From: a virus | Taxonomy: Duplodnaviria > Caudoviricetes | DNA: 57,321 nt | Virus record (IMG/VR): IMGVR_UViG_3300038478_000018 | Span: 1 to 57,321 of that record | Direction: 5' to 3' (one strand) | Shown: positions 43,401-53,473 of the stretch, piece by piece | How positions within the stretch are numbered: position 1 is the first letter of the stretch | How the letters are laid out: the number at the start of each line of letters is the position of its first letter | Notes under the pieces: generated by a model | Told to the model about the DNA's origin: nothing | Database searches by the model: none | Seen by the model: only the letters and a program-made list of their open reading frames with translations | Program-made: the position numbers and the translations under genes

Positions 43401-44470
43401 CGGGCCCTAATTTACCCATCCACATGGGGATCAATTCGCAGGCTGTGCGATCGATTCCTAAAGACTGGGATCCGCACTGGTTTCGTCGGTTTATCACCGA
43501 TCATATGAAGTGGGCGGACTTCAGGAATGCGATAGCGGGCCCCGGCATTACGATCACAGGTACGGAGCAGCAGCAAGGCGAGATAAGCGCTACAGGCGGC
43601 GGGACCGTGAGCACGATCACGAGTAGCGGCGGCTCGATTACGGTTACGAATCCGAGCGGCCCTACCACTAACCTTGACTTAACGCCTACGGGCGTAACCC
43701 CTGGTTCGTATACCAACACCAACCTCACTGTTAACGCTGATGGTCAGATTACCGCGGCCGCGAACGGAACCGCAACCACCGCGAACATAACGGCTGATAC
43801 GCATCCCGCCACGGAACTGTCAGTAAACGATGAGTTTGAGTACGGCACCGCTATTGACACGACGGGCGCGCGGTTCGCGGGTGCTAGCGGCTGGACGGCC
43901 TTCGGCCCCGGTTACACTACATCGGTAAGTGAGGGTTCACTAGTCCTCACGAACGCTACCGCTAGCACGGTATCTTGCGGCGGATATACGCAGCCCATAG
44001 CGGGCGCTACATGGGCCTACGCATGCAAGTGCACGCCGCTTCCTTCAACGGACCAGACAATTGGCCTCCTGCTGGCTACATCCGCAGGTACATCCGGCAA
44101 TATTATTATATTCGGGTTTACTAACGTAGCTAACGATGGCACGGTAGTTTTGCACACACCTAATAACGGTTCGGTAGGGCTTACCGCGGCCTACGTTGCG
44201 GGCACGACGCTGCAAACGGCCGCCGTGCTGCAGGCGCCAAGCAACTACCCGGCGATTTATCCGCCGCTTTACTTACAGATATACTTTGATGGCACGAATA
44301 TAAACTATCAGCTTAGCACTATCGGCATACCGGGATCTTTCTCGACCGTATATTCAGAAACCCCAGGTGCGTTTATAGGGACGCCGACTCTCGTTGGTTT
44401 GACGGTCGGTTCTAGTGGTTCCGTCGCAGGCGGCTCCGGCATATATGATTGGTTTAGAAAGACATTGTAG
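43394..44470 (+). CDS. Tail needle or fibre with C-terminal lectin-like domain
   Basis: gp26 position; shaft module shared with 24890 fibre. Confidence 0.65.
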   Translation: MVTGPNLPIHMGINSQAVRSIPKDWDPHWFRRFITDHMKWADFRNAIAGPGITITGTEQQQGEISATGGGTVSTITSSGGSITVTNPSGPTTNLDLTPTGVTPGSYTNTNLTVNADGQITAAANGTATTANITADTHPATELSVNDEFEYGTAIDTTGARFAGASGWTAFGPGYTTSVSEGSLVLTNATASTVSCGGYTQPIAGATWAYACKCTPLPSTDQTIGLLLATSAGTSGNIIIFGFTNVANDGTVVLHTPNNGSVGLTAAYVAGTTLQTAAVLQAPSNYPAIYPPLYLQIYFDGTNINYQLSTIGIPGSFSTVYSETPGAFIGTPTLVGLTVGSSGSVAGGSGIYDWFRKTL

Positions 44471-44478
44471 GGGTAGCG

Positions 44479-44775
44479 ATGCTTAAGTGGAGCCCGGAGG
44501 CGATAGTGGGTGTTGTAGCGTTGAGCTTGTCAACCGTTGGCGGCTTGGCGACTACGGCTGTGCACTGGGGCGCCACCAAGAGTCAAATAGAGCACTTGGA
44601 GCAGGGGCAGACACAGATGTCGCAGAAGTTGGATGCCCATCAAGTCGAGTTGTCCATGCAGTCATCGCATGAAGCTACCGTGGAACAGAAACTAGATGAC
44701 ATGATTGACCGGCTAGATCGAATTGAGAAAGAGGTGAACTATGGCCAGCGATCCGCGGCTAGTCACGGACATTAA
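44479..44775 (+). CDS. Single-TM coiled-coil protein (holin or antiholin candidate)
   Basis: N-terminal TM helix; precedes lysozyme. Confidence 0.55.
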   Translation: MLKWSPEAIVGVVALSLSTVGGLATTAVHWGATKSQIEHLEQGQTQMSQKLDAHQVELSMQSSHEATVEQKLDDMIDRLDRIEKEVNYGQRSAASHGH

Positions 44776-45193
44776 GGGTGCCGAAGGCGAGAAACTAACG
44801 GCTTACAAAGACACTTTAGGTAACTGGACGATCGGCTACGGGCATCTGCTACCTAAGCCCTGTACGCCTGAAGGCTGGCAAGGTTTTACGATCTCTCAAG
44901 CGGTGTGCGACAACTACCTGCAGGAAGATTTAGCGAAAGCCCTCAAGTACGCAAGCTCGCTACCTGAATGGGCCTCTTGCGATACGACATGCCGGCAGAA
45001 TGCGCTCGAAGAGTTAGTTTTCAACATGGGTGTGCATACATGGCAGGAATTTCACCAGACGCGGGCGGCGTGGCTAGCGAAGAACTGGCAAGCGGCACAC
45101 GACGGCCTCTTGGCGAGCGCGTGGGCCAAGGAAGTGGGGCCGACCCGGTCCAACCGGCTGGCAAACTACGTGCTAAGTGGCCAATATCCGTGA
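44741..45193 (+). CDS. Endolysin, GH24 (T4-like) lysozyme
   Basis: EG....YKDTLG.WTIGYGH catalytic E-D-T, FNMG, S.WAKEVG..R..RL. Confidence 0.92.
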   Translation: MASDPRLVTDIKGAEGEKLTAYKDTLGNWTIGYGHLLPKPCTPEGWQGFTISQAVCDNYLQEDLAKALKYASSLPEWASCDTTCRQNALEELVFNMGVHTWQEFHQTRAAWLAKNWQAAHDGLLASAWAKEVGPTRSNRLANYVLSGQYP

Positions 45194-45378
45194 TGTGGGA
45201 TTTCAGCGACTGGATGATCCTGGCGCACGTGAATGCGGCAGGTATCGCAGGGACTGTGTATCTATTCATGTACCACACTGATTCTAACTTCCTAGGTTGG
45301 TGCGGGTTAGTAGGTACTCTGGTGCCGGCCTACCATTGGTTCGTCCTGCGCGATGCGAAAATACCGGATGCCGTATAA
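45193..45378 (+). CDS. Small two-TM protein (holin candidate)
   Basis: TGATG coupling; two hydrophobic segments. Confidence 0.6.
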   Translation: MWDFSDWMILAHVNAAGIAGTVYLFMYHTDSNFLGWCGLVGTLVPAYHWFVLRDAKIPDAV

Positions 45379-45887
45379 TGCCCGCGTTACTTGCTTTGGT
45401 TCCCCTAAAGGATTGGATCTACGCCGGCATAATCGCGACGCTGCTAGTCGGGTTCGGTGTGTACACCGTCCATGAGCGCCATGAGGGCGCACATAAGATT
45501 GAGATAGCAGACGCTAAGGTAGCGGCTGCGCAAACCATCCATAACGAAGAGGTGCAGAGTGTTATCCAAGCAAAGGTCCAATCAGCTATCAACGACTACG
45601 ATGCTTTGGCTCCTATTCCTAGCCCTGTGCCTGTGCCTCGCCTCGTGTGCCGCCCGGCCGGTAGCGGTAACGTGCCCCAAGGCACCCAGTCCGCCAGCGG
45701 CGGCGATGGCGCCGGAGGCGGTGTACCCGTCAGTTCAAGCGCAGATAGTTTCGGATTTGACCCAGCCCCGGCCCTTAGCGCAACCGGCACCGACGCCGAC
45801 GCCGAAATAGAGCATCTGCAGAAAAAGGTGAAGCTCCTGCAAGACCTCGTGCACGCTTACCAGGATGGCGGCCTAGTCGCGAAGTAA
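45378..45887 (+). CDS. Rz: i-spanin (Rz-like)
   Basis: N-terminal TM, periplasmic helices, embedded lipoprotein gene. Confidence 0.75.
   Translation: MPALLALVPLKDWIYAGIIATLLVGFGVYTVHERHEGAHKIEIADAKVAAAQTIHNEEVQSVIQAKVQSAINDYDALAPIPSPVPVPRLVCRPAGSGNVPQGTQSASGGDGAGGGVPVSSSADSFGFDPAPALSATGTDADAEIEHLQKKVKLLQDLVHAYQDGGLVAK
45601..45810 (+). CDS. Rz1: o-spanin lipoprotein (Rz1-like), nested in +1 frame
   Basis: MLWLLFLALCLCLAS-C lipobox, Pro-rich mature part; implies a diderm host. Confidence 0.8.
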   Translation: MLWLLFLALCLCLASCAARPVAVTCPKAPSPPAAAMAPEAVYPSVQAQIVSDLTQPRPLAQPAPTPTPK

Positions 45888-45888
45888 A

Positions 45889-48030
45889 ATGGCATCAAGC
45901 GCGGTCGACGACGATAACGGCGATTTAGTATCCACACTTGCCGCGAACTCGTTGACCGGGTTCGCTGACAACACCATCAACGTAGGCACCCCGGCCGCCA
46001 ATGCGGCCGTCTACGGCGGTGGGCTTGACAGCACATTGCTAGGCCAGATTGCGACGAACGCGCAGACGCAGAATAACGTCGAAGCCAACAAGGTCGACAC
46101 TAGTCTAGCGCCGTATACATCGCAAGTAATCAGTGACCTTAACAGCAATAACTTCGCGGGTGCATGGGCAACCGCCGAGGGCACGGCTCCGGCCTTCGGC
46201 ACCAACTCCAAGAGCGCGACTACCGACCCTCTTTTGCAGGCGTTGGAGTCTTCGGAAGGGTTAGAGGCGCTAGACCCTAGCAAGCAGTGGACCGCTGCGG
46301 AGACCGGCAACTATTACGCGGCTCTCGGCGATTCAGCGGGTTACACGAACGGAAGCCTTCTAGGTCAGAATCAATACGGCCTTTGGGGCAATCAAGCCGA
46401 TGTCACCAACGGTACGGACGCCAAGACTAACATAGCCCAAGGCGGCGATACGCCGAACGTTGAGCAGTTCGCGGGTCAGGTGCCGCCGAAGACATTCCTC
46501 GATAAGTATGGCCCCGCAATCGCGGCACTCGTTGCTACGGTAGCCACGGCGGGCGCAGGTGCCGGCACCTTGGGGGCGGCGTTCTCGGGCACTGTGGCGG
46601 GGGATCTAGCCACCGCAGGCGCGGGCGGTACTCCGAGCATCCTGGGTAACGTCTTGGGGCTCGCTGGGGCCGCCATACCGGGCGCGGGACAGGCGTTGGG
46701 TTCGCTCACAGGTATAGGGACCACTGCCGGGAGCGCGGCCGTAGGTGCGGGCGTAGGCGCTTTGACGGGCAAGCTCACGGGTGGCAGTCCTTTGGTGGGG
46801 GCGCTCTCGGGCGGTGTTAGCGGCGCGGTGCAGGGATCGGGACTCACGAACCAGGCCGGGCAGGCGATTAATAGTGCTACAGGGCTGCCCGTATCGGTCG
46901 GGGCGGGGCTTACGGGCGGCGCGGTAGGCGCGGCCACGGGCGCAGGGCTGGGGGCGCTCACAGGGACAGGGGTCGCAGGCGGCGCTCTTTCGGGCGGCGT
47001 GACGGGGGCTTTAAGGAGCGGCATCGGTTCAGCAACCGGCAGCTCAGGACTAGGAACAGCAGCAGGGGCATTAGGCGGTATGGCAATTTCTCCATTACTC
47101 AGTAACGGCGGCGGATCGGCTGTCGCGGCACCGGCTACGGCTACGGGCACTATGGACAGTACCGGGACTACCGGCACGGGCTATGATTTCAGCTCCGTAG
47201 GGTCCACACTCGGAAGCCTCTTGGGACCCGCGCTTCAGGCAGGGGCCGGTGTGTACGGTGCGCAGAATGCGGCGGAGGATGAATCGAATTGGATCAATAA
47301 CGCCATCAATGAACAGAACACGACGCTAGGGAACGTGACCGGGATCTACGGCGCGCAAACGAGCGCGGGCAATAATGCGTTTAACGCACTGCAAGGTCTC
47401 CAAGGGGGCACGACTACCCCGGCTAGTTACGCCAACTTTGAGAATTCGCCCGGCTATCAGTACGCCATAAGCCAAGGTACACAAGCGATCCAGCGACAGG
47501 CCGCCGCAACAGGGCAGGGTTATACACCTAACACAGAAGCTGCGGTTGGGCAGTACGTCACGGGCACGGCCTCCCAGAACTATAACAATTACGTGAGCCA
47601 ATTGCTATCGACGGCGCAGTTAGGTTCTGCGGGCAATCAGGGCTTAGCCAGCGCGAATACGACGATCGGCGGTAATATCAGCCAGCTCATGCAGAGCGAG
47701 GGTCAAGCGCAAGCGGGTGGCGTTGCAGGCAGCGCGGGTGCGGTTAGCTCCGTGCTCGGCGGTGTTGGCAGCGGGATCTCGAATCTGCTAGGCGGCGGTA
47801 GCGGACTGACTTCGACTAGCTCGGGCAATGGTACGTTGCTTGATAACGGCTCTACGGCCGGATCGGTTGATACTAGCGATCTAGGGACGAACCTAGTTGA
47901 TACGACCAACTTCGGCACCTTGAATAACAGCGGCTTCAACAGCGTGACAGACACCGGGAACAGTGACCTGTATAGCGGCGCTACGGGCGGCGTCGGCAGT
48001 ATTGACTGGTTAGATTTAGGCAATCCCTAA
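45889..48030 (+). CDS. Ejection (DNA transfer) protein, gp7-like with Gly-zipper region
   Basis: SPGYQY..SQG..A....AAA.G...ASQNYNNY motif. Confidence 0.75.
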   Translation: MASSAVDDDNGDLVSTLAANSLTGFADNTINVGTPAANAAVYGGGLDSTLLGQIATNAQTQNNVEANKVDTSLAPYTSQVISDLNSNNFAGAWATAEGTAPAFGTNSKSATTDPLLQALESSEGLEALDPSKQWTAAETGNYYAALGDSAGYTNGSLLGQNQYGLWGNQADVTNGTDAKTNIAQGGDTPNVEQFAGQVPPKTFLDKYGPAIAALVATVATAGAGAGTLGAAFSGTVAGDLATAGAGGTPSILGNVLGLAGAAIPGAGQALGSLTGIGTTAGSAAVGAGVGALTGKLTGGSPLVGALSGGVSGAVQGSGLTNQAGQAINSATGLPVSVGAGLTGGAVGAATGAGLGALTGTGVAGGALSGGVTGALRSGIGSATGSSGLGTAAGALGGMAISPLLSNGGGSAVAAPATATGTMDSTGTTGTGYDFSSVGSTLGSLLGPALQAGAGVYGAQNAAEDESNWINNAINEQNTTLGNVTGIYGAQTSAGNNAFNALQGLQGGTTTPASYANFENSPGYQYAISQGTQAIQRQAAATGQGYTPNTEAAVGQYVTGTASQNYNNYVSQLLSTAQLGSAGNQGLASANTTIGGNISQLMQSEGQAQAGGVAGSAGAVSSVLGGVGSGISNLLGGGSGLTSTSSGNGTLLDNGSTAGSVDTSDLGTNLVDTTNFGTLNNSGFNSVTDTGNSDLYSGATGGVGSIDWLDLGNP

Positions 48031-48045
48031 GGATATAATATAGTT

Positions 48046-50031
48046 ATGGCCGATATCGCACCTCTTGGCGTAACAGATTGGGGCAACCTCATGACCAGCT
48101 TTGGTCAGGGTACCGCTGCCGCGAATGCGGCCAATGCCTCTGCCGCCAATACGCAGGCACAAACCGGGCTTGTGAATCAGCAGACTCAAGCAGCCGCAAT
48201 GCAGAATCAGCTCATGAAGGCGCGCATGCCGGCCGTGCTGAAAGCTCTTGCGGACTATAACCCGCAGCAAAGCGATGATAGCGGTGCGCCGCCCACGGGC
48301 GGCAACGGCGCCGGGCTCCAGGCAACGCCTGGTACCTCCGGGCGTGCGGTTCCCACCGACCCTTCAAACCCTAACGCACCCACCGTAGTTCCGAATCAGC
48401 CCGCGGATGATGCAACACCCGATAACTGGTATGATCCGGCCCGCGTAGATCAGGGACTGCGGGCGCGATACTTCGTAAATCCGGCCGGCACGCCCCAAGA
48501 GATGCAGGGAGTAGTCAAAGCCGCGTTTATCGACCCCGATAACAAAATGGGGCTGCTCGAGCAGGCTAAGCAACAGCGGCAGCTAGGGGTAGATTCCCGA
48601 CTCGCGGCTAGTCAAAATGATGCGAGCCAGTTATATGATACGATGACTGATGGCGTCGTGAACGCGCCCGCCGGCCGTGCGCTTGATGCACTTGAGGCGA
48701 TCTCCCCGCAAGCAGCCGCACAGATCCGTAAGCTAATTCCAGATGGCATGGAAGAGGACGAAGCCGCGCGCTCCTACGCTACGCATGTTGCGAATACCGT
48801 GCATCAATTCAGCGGCCGCACCATCGAGAAGGACGAATCGGGCCAATATCGCGACGGTAAAACTGGTAATCCGCTTACGGGCGCACAACCCGTGGGGCTT
48901 AAGCCGGATGCCATGGCGCAGCTCGCCGCCAAGGGTAATGAGCTTGTAACCATGCAGCGTAGTGACCGTTCAACCATACAAATGCCGCGGTTTAAGGCAG
49001 AAGGCTCGCCGAATCTACAGACTTGGTTAACCAAGATCGCGGATAAGAATAACGTACCCGGGGCCTCACCATCGATCACGGGTGTGCCAAGAGCGCAGTT
49101 TCAAGAGACCGTCAAGGACGCAGCAGCTAAGGCCCCGCCTCCGGGTGCTGTGCCCCCGCAGCAGCCGGCCACCGCGGGCGGCACCCCAGGTGTTCCCGGT
49201 GCCGCTCCTGGGCAACCGGGGCAACCCGCGCCAGCCGGCGCCCCTCAAGCCCCCGCCGCAGGCGGTCCTGTAGCCATCGCCCTTCAGGATAAATCATTCC
49301 GTTCGCCCGTAGCGAATGCCCCTGTGCAGACGGGCGTAAGTCAGAGCAAACTAAACGAAGGCGAGACGGAGAACTACGTCAAGCAGAAAGCCGAGCTTCA
49401 GAATTCCGCCGGAGAGAATTCGCAGGCTGCCTCGCAAGCGCTCGCAAGTTTCCGCGCCGCACAGGCTATCATGAATGCGCCGGACGGCAGCAACATCGCG
49501 GGCCAACGCGGCGCCATTTGGCAGGAGCTTGCTAAGCTCGGCCTTAACACAGACACAGGCGCGCATCGTATTGAGGCGGCTAAGTACCTTACCAACGGCG
49601 CGTTGCAGAATCTGAAGAACGTATACGGCGCCAAGCCGGGCGTATTTGACGTGAAGGTGAACTTGGAGCAAGCATTCCCTAACATCAAGGAAATGAATGA
49701 TCAATCGGTGAAAGATTTAATCAGCTCGCAAATTCGCAACGCTTCCTATATTCGCGATTCGGCGGCGCGAGTGCCGCTATACCTGGCCGCGAAGAACGAC
49801 CCTTCCACCTTCAATCAGTGGAACGAGAAGTATTTCACACGATCGAACGCGGTTAATGAACCCGCCGGTCAAGAGCAGAATCAGACGAAGACTTCGGCCG
49901 CGACTACCGGGAACACCCCGGCGCTCCCGAAGTACGCCAACGCCGCCGCGGTAAAAGCGGACTTCCAGGCCGGCAAACTTACGCGCGATCAAGCTAAGGC
50001 AATTTTGCAGCAACAGCACGGGATGCAGTAA
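48046..50031 (+). CDS. Ejection or internal virion protein
   Basis: Position; Ala/Gln-rich. Confidence 0.65.
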   Translation: MADIAPLGVTDWGNLMTSFGQGTAAANAANASAANTQAQTGLVNQQTQAAAMQNQLMKARMPAVLKALADYNPQQSDDSGAPPTGGNGAGLQATPGTSGRAVPTDPSNPNAPTVVPNQPADDATPDNWYDPARVDQGLRARYFVNPAGTPQEMQGVVKAAFIDPDNKMGLLEQAKQQRQLGVDSRLAASQNDASQLYDTMTDGVVNAPAGRALDALEAISPQAAAQIRKLIPDGMEEDEAARSYATHVANTVHQFSGRTIEKDESGQYRDGKTGNPLTGAQPVGLKPDAMAQLAAKGNELVTMQRSDRSTIQMPRFKAEGSPNLQTWLTKIADKNNVPGASPSITGVPRAQFQETVKDAAAKAPPPGAVPPQQPATAGGTPGVPGAAPGQPGQPAPAGAPQAPAAGGPVAIALQDKSFRSPVANAPVQTGVSQSKLNEGETENYVKQKAELQNSAGENSQAASQALASFRAAQAIMNAPDGSNIAGQRGAIWQELAKLGLNTDTGAHRIEAAKYLTNGALQNLKNVYGAKPGVFDVKVNLEQAFPNIKEMNDQSVKDLISSQIRNASYIRDSAARVPLYLAAKNDPSTFNQWNEKYFTRSNAVNEPAGQEQNQTKTSAATTGNTPALPKYANAAAVKADFQAGKLTRDQAKAILQQQHGMQ

Positions 50032-53000
50032 TGGCGGACGCACAGTCTGCGGATGACTTCTTGGGTACGGGACCATCTGCGGATGATTTCCTTGGCCCCG
50101 ACGCGCCGACTTCGACTCAGTCGCTCTTGGGTCCCGTCTCCGTGGCGCCGGCCGAACCGGACGCGCCTGGGAGCGACGGGAACATTAAAGGCATGGTGCG
50201 TAACCTTGCCGGCTCTAACCTCGTAGATGGGAAAGAGCGCTCGATATTGAGCAAGTACGCCGATACCGTAGCAGGCCCCTGGGAGGCCGCGGCGACTACC
50301 CTTACGGGCACGCTCGCTAAGCCTATCTCCGATATTGCGGGCTTAGCCGCCACGGGATACGATGCGGCCACAGGTCAGCAGGGCGATCCCGAAGGCTTTC
50401 GACGCGCCGTGCAAGAAAAACTCACCTATTCACCCCGCACCGAGCTAGGCAAAGAGACCGTTGGCGCAATCGGCGATATCGGCAATGCAACCATCGGCGC
50501 CGCCGCCCGAACCGCTAAGAAAGGCGCGGCCGGCGCGGCTAACCTCCTAGGCGCCCCGCAAGCGATCTCCGAGGCAGCGGGCAATGCCGCCGAGGAAGCG
50601 GTGCAGCAGGCCCCAGGCTTCCTGGGTGTGCGCGGTGGACGGGCCGCCAAGGCGGTCACTCCCGGCGCCACGATAGCAGAGGCGGCTCCTAGGACCGTAG
50701 ATGCCGTGGGCAGCATCTTGGATACCCCTGACGTTGTGCACGAAGGCTCAGGCGCCGAGCCCGCTGTCGCCCCCACCGCTAGCGCTCCCCCCACCCCGAT
50801 CGGCGCTCCTGGGGCTTCTCCGGCCGCCGTTGGAGCTACGCAAACGGCCGAGGGCGTGCCCGGAACCCCAAAGCCGCAGGACGGCTTCATGGCGGATCTG
50901 CACGCGCAATCCACCCCGCATCCTACCGAACCTGCGCAGCGTAAGATCGGAAATGCGACGGTTGAGGCATACAAAGACCCGACAGACCCCGATACGGTGC
51001 ACGTGCAGCACTTCGCGGCGGATGAGCCTGGCAAGGGCCAAGGCACCGCTGCTATGCAGCAGCTCACCGATTTGGCAGATAAGCATGGCGCTACGCTCTC
51101 GCTCGATGCGAAGCCTTTAGCCGGTGCGGAGCCTATAGCGCCGGAGAAGCTGCAGCAATTCTACGCCAATCACGGCTTTGAGCCTACGGAAGCGGGCGGC
51201 GCTGCTATGGAGAGGCCGCCAACTGCCCCCAGCGCGCCGCAAGAACCCGCTCCACCTTTAGGCGGCACCGCACACCCGATGCGGAACGGCGAGCCGTATA
51301 GTTTGATCTCAGCCGAGCGAGCCGGCGCCTCGCCCGCGGAGAACATCAACCGTAGCCAGATCCTAAATCAGATGCTGCGGAAGTCTGACATGACCTCAGC
51401 CCCGGCTATCGGGTCCTTCCAAGGTCAGCCTGAACGCTCTTTTTCGGTGTCAACGCCGGACGCTGCGTCCAGGGCGCAGGTTGAGAAGATGGGCCAGGCT
51501 TTCGGCCGCGACTCCGTAATGCATGTCGAGGGCGATGGGACCGCTACATTAAAGAACCTTAACGGCTCACAACCGGATCAGGTCTTAGGCAAAATCACTC
51601 GCGTACCGCAGGGTGAAGCGGAAGCGCACGCCAGTTGGACGCGGGATGCGCAGGGCAATCATTATGTCGTCAAGCCGAGCATAGAGGCGCAGGCACCCCC
51701 TGAGACTCGCAACGGCATGGGTGCGGAGCCTGAAGAGACTATGAAGTCCCTCTATGGCGGGCCGGCTAAGATAGGCAGCATGGAGGCTGAGAAGAGCGCC
51801 GCAGGCCAACAGGCGCGCGTCGACACTTTCAAGCGTATAGGGTTGGATGAAACCCGCAAATCCGCCATCAATGGCGATTCCCGCGCTGCGGGCGTTGAAT
51901 TTCAGACCTCGAAGCTTAAGGACCATCCCGCAGGCGATCGCCTCGCGGGCGTGATCGACGCGGAGCATCAGGCGCTGCGATCGCACGCGGAAGAGGCGGT
52001 CAATATGGCCGGCGGCTCCAAGGGCTTAGGGCAAAACGAGCTTTACGCGCGTGGCAATAAGATGACCGCGCCCGTTAACAGCCTGCATGAGCACCTAGAA
52101 GACGCCATGAATCAGGCCTATGAGACGGCGAAGGTGCGCGCCAAGGGCGTGCCTTTCAAGATGGATGCCTTCGGCAACATGATCAACAATCAGAAGGCGG
52201 GGTTTCTATCCACCGTCGAGGGCAAGCAGCTGCTTGAAGGCGTCACAGCGCGCGCCAAGGAGTTGGGCTTCACGGACGAGAGCAACGTCTTTAAACCCGC
52301 AACCGTCGAGCAAGCCGAACGCATGCGCCAATATTTGAACGATGCGTGGACCCCGCGCACGAATAAGCTCATCGGGCAGCTGAAGGGCACGCTCGATCAG
52401 GATGTTGGCCGCGCCGCGGGCGAGGACATCTTTGAAAAGGGCCGAAACGTGCGCACATTGATGTCGAAGATTCTAGAGGAGCCGGAGGGTGTCTCCAAGC
52501 TCTTGCAAACCAAGCAGGCTAATAAGCTAGGCATCAACAAGCAGGTTGACAGTGAGAACGTGCCGAGCTACATCACGAAGCTACCCTTTGACCAACTGCG
52601 CCAGTACGTCAGTGTCTTGAAACAAGCGGCGGGTGCCGGAGTGCCTAAGCTTCGTTCCCAGGCCGAAGCGGCGCTCAAAGAGACGCGCGGGCAGTTCGCG
52701 AACGAGTACCAGGCCGCGGGTGATAATCTTAAAGGCCAATGGAATCAGAAAGCCGCAAATAAATATCTGCACGATAACGAGATGGCAATGCGCTACGTCT
52801 TCTCCCCGGAAGAAATGCAGCACTTCGTGGATAGTGATAATGCGGGCCGCTGGCTTTCCATGGATAGAAGCTACCCCGGCGCCGAGGCGCAGAAACAGAA
52901 CATCATGACGCACCTTGCGAGGATGGCCACAAAGCACGCAGGAGAGGCGGGTGCGGTGGCGGGGCACATCCCTGGGGCCATCGCGGGCGTCGCCGCAGGT

Positions 53001-53303
53001 AAGTTGGGCGATGTGATGGTTAATAAATTGGCCGCCAGGGGCGCTGAGAATCTAGTACAGGATTTGAACGCTTGGAAGCCGCCCAAAGGCCCTGTAAAGC
53101 CGGGATCGAGCCAACGCGGCAGTTTCTCGCTACAGAACGATAACCCTATCAACCGCTTCGGCACCAAGAACTCGCAGCGAAGCGGCGGGGCGCCCAAAGT
53201 TGAACGCAATCCGCGTTCTGAGTATAACGCTAATAAACAAATAGCGGGCGTTCCTGTGCGTTCACAAGAGCAAGAAGATATGCTAGAGAGGATGTCCAAA
53301 TGA
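50031..53303 (+). CDS. Large ejection protein with GNAT and DUF3293-like domains
   Basis: SADDFLG repeats; GKGQGTAAMQQL...L.LDA...LQQFY.NHGF; LISAE...EN...GSFQGQPERSF...F.RDSV. Confidence 0.7.
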   Translation: MADAQSADDFLGTGPSADDFLGPDAPTSTQSLLGPVSVAPAEPDAPGSDGNIKGMVRNLAGSNLVDGKERSILSKYADTVAGPWEAAATTLTGTLAKPISDIAGLAATGYDAATGQQGDPEGFRRAVQEKLTYSPRTELGKETVGAIGDIGNATIGAAARTAKKGAAGAANLLGAPQAISEAAGNAAEEAVQQAPGFLGVRGGRAAKAVTPGATIAEAAPRTVDAVGSILDTPDVVHEGSGAEPAVAPTASAPPTPIGAPGASPAAVGATQTAEGVPGTPKPQDGFMADLHAQSTPHPTEPAQRKIGNATVEAYKDPTDPDTVHVQHFAADEPGKGQGTAAMQQLTDLADKHGATLSLDAKPLAGAEPIAPEKLQQFYANHGFEPTEAGGAAMERPPTAPSAPQEPAPPLGGTAHPMRNGEPYSLISAERAGASPAENINRSQILNQMLRKSDMTSAPAIGSFQGQPERSFSVSTPDAASRAQVEKMGQAFGRDSVMHVEGDGTATLKNLNGSQPDQVLGKITRVPQGEAEAHASWTRDAQGNHYVVKPSIEAQAPPETRNGMGAEPEETMKSLYGGPAKIGSMEAEKSAAGQQARVDTFKRIGLDETRKSAINGDSRAAGVEFQTSKLKDHPAGDRLAGVIDAEHQALRSHAEEAVNMAGGSKGLGQNELYARGNKMTAPVNSLHEHLEDAMNQAYETAKVRAKGVPFKMDAFGNMINNQKAGFLSTVEGKQLLEGVTARAKELGFTDESNVFKPATVEQAERMRQYLNDAWTPRTNKLIGQLKGTLDQDVGRAAGEDIFEKGRNVRTLMSKILEEPEGVSKLLQTKQANKLGINKQVDSENVPSYITKLPFDQLRQYVSVLKQAAGAGVPKLRSQAEAALKETRGQFANEYQAAGDNLKGQWNQKAANKYLHDNEMAMRYVFSPEEMQHFVDSDNAGRWLSMDRSYPGAEAQKQNIMTHLARMATKHAGEAGAVAGHIPGAIAGVAAGKLGDVMVNKLAARGAENLVQDLNAWKPPKGPVKPGSSQRGSFSLQNDNPINRFGTKNSQRSGGAPKVERNPRSEYNANKQIAGVPVRSQEQEDMLERMSK

Positions 53304-53473
53304 AAGGCCCGCAAGTAACCCCCGCGACCGTGCCTGGTGGCCCGACACCCTCCGCGCAGGTCAAGCCTCCTGCGGCAGCCGTGCCCTTAGCGCCCGGTTG
53401 GCGTCCGATGATCCGTAAGGCGCAGCCGCCAGGTGCGCAGAAACGTGTGGCGCCGGGTACCGAGCCCTTTTAA
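53300..53473 (+). CDS. 57-aa Pro-rich protein
   Basis: Hand translation; ATGA and TAATG coupling. Confidence 0.45.
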   Translation: MKGPQVTPATVPGGPTPSAQVKPPAAAVPLAPGWRPMIRKAQPPGAQKRVAPGTEPF

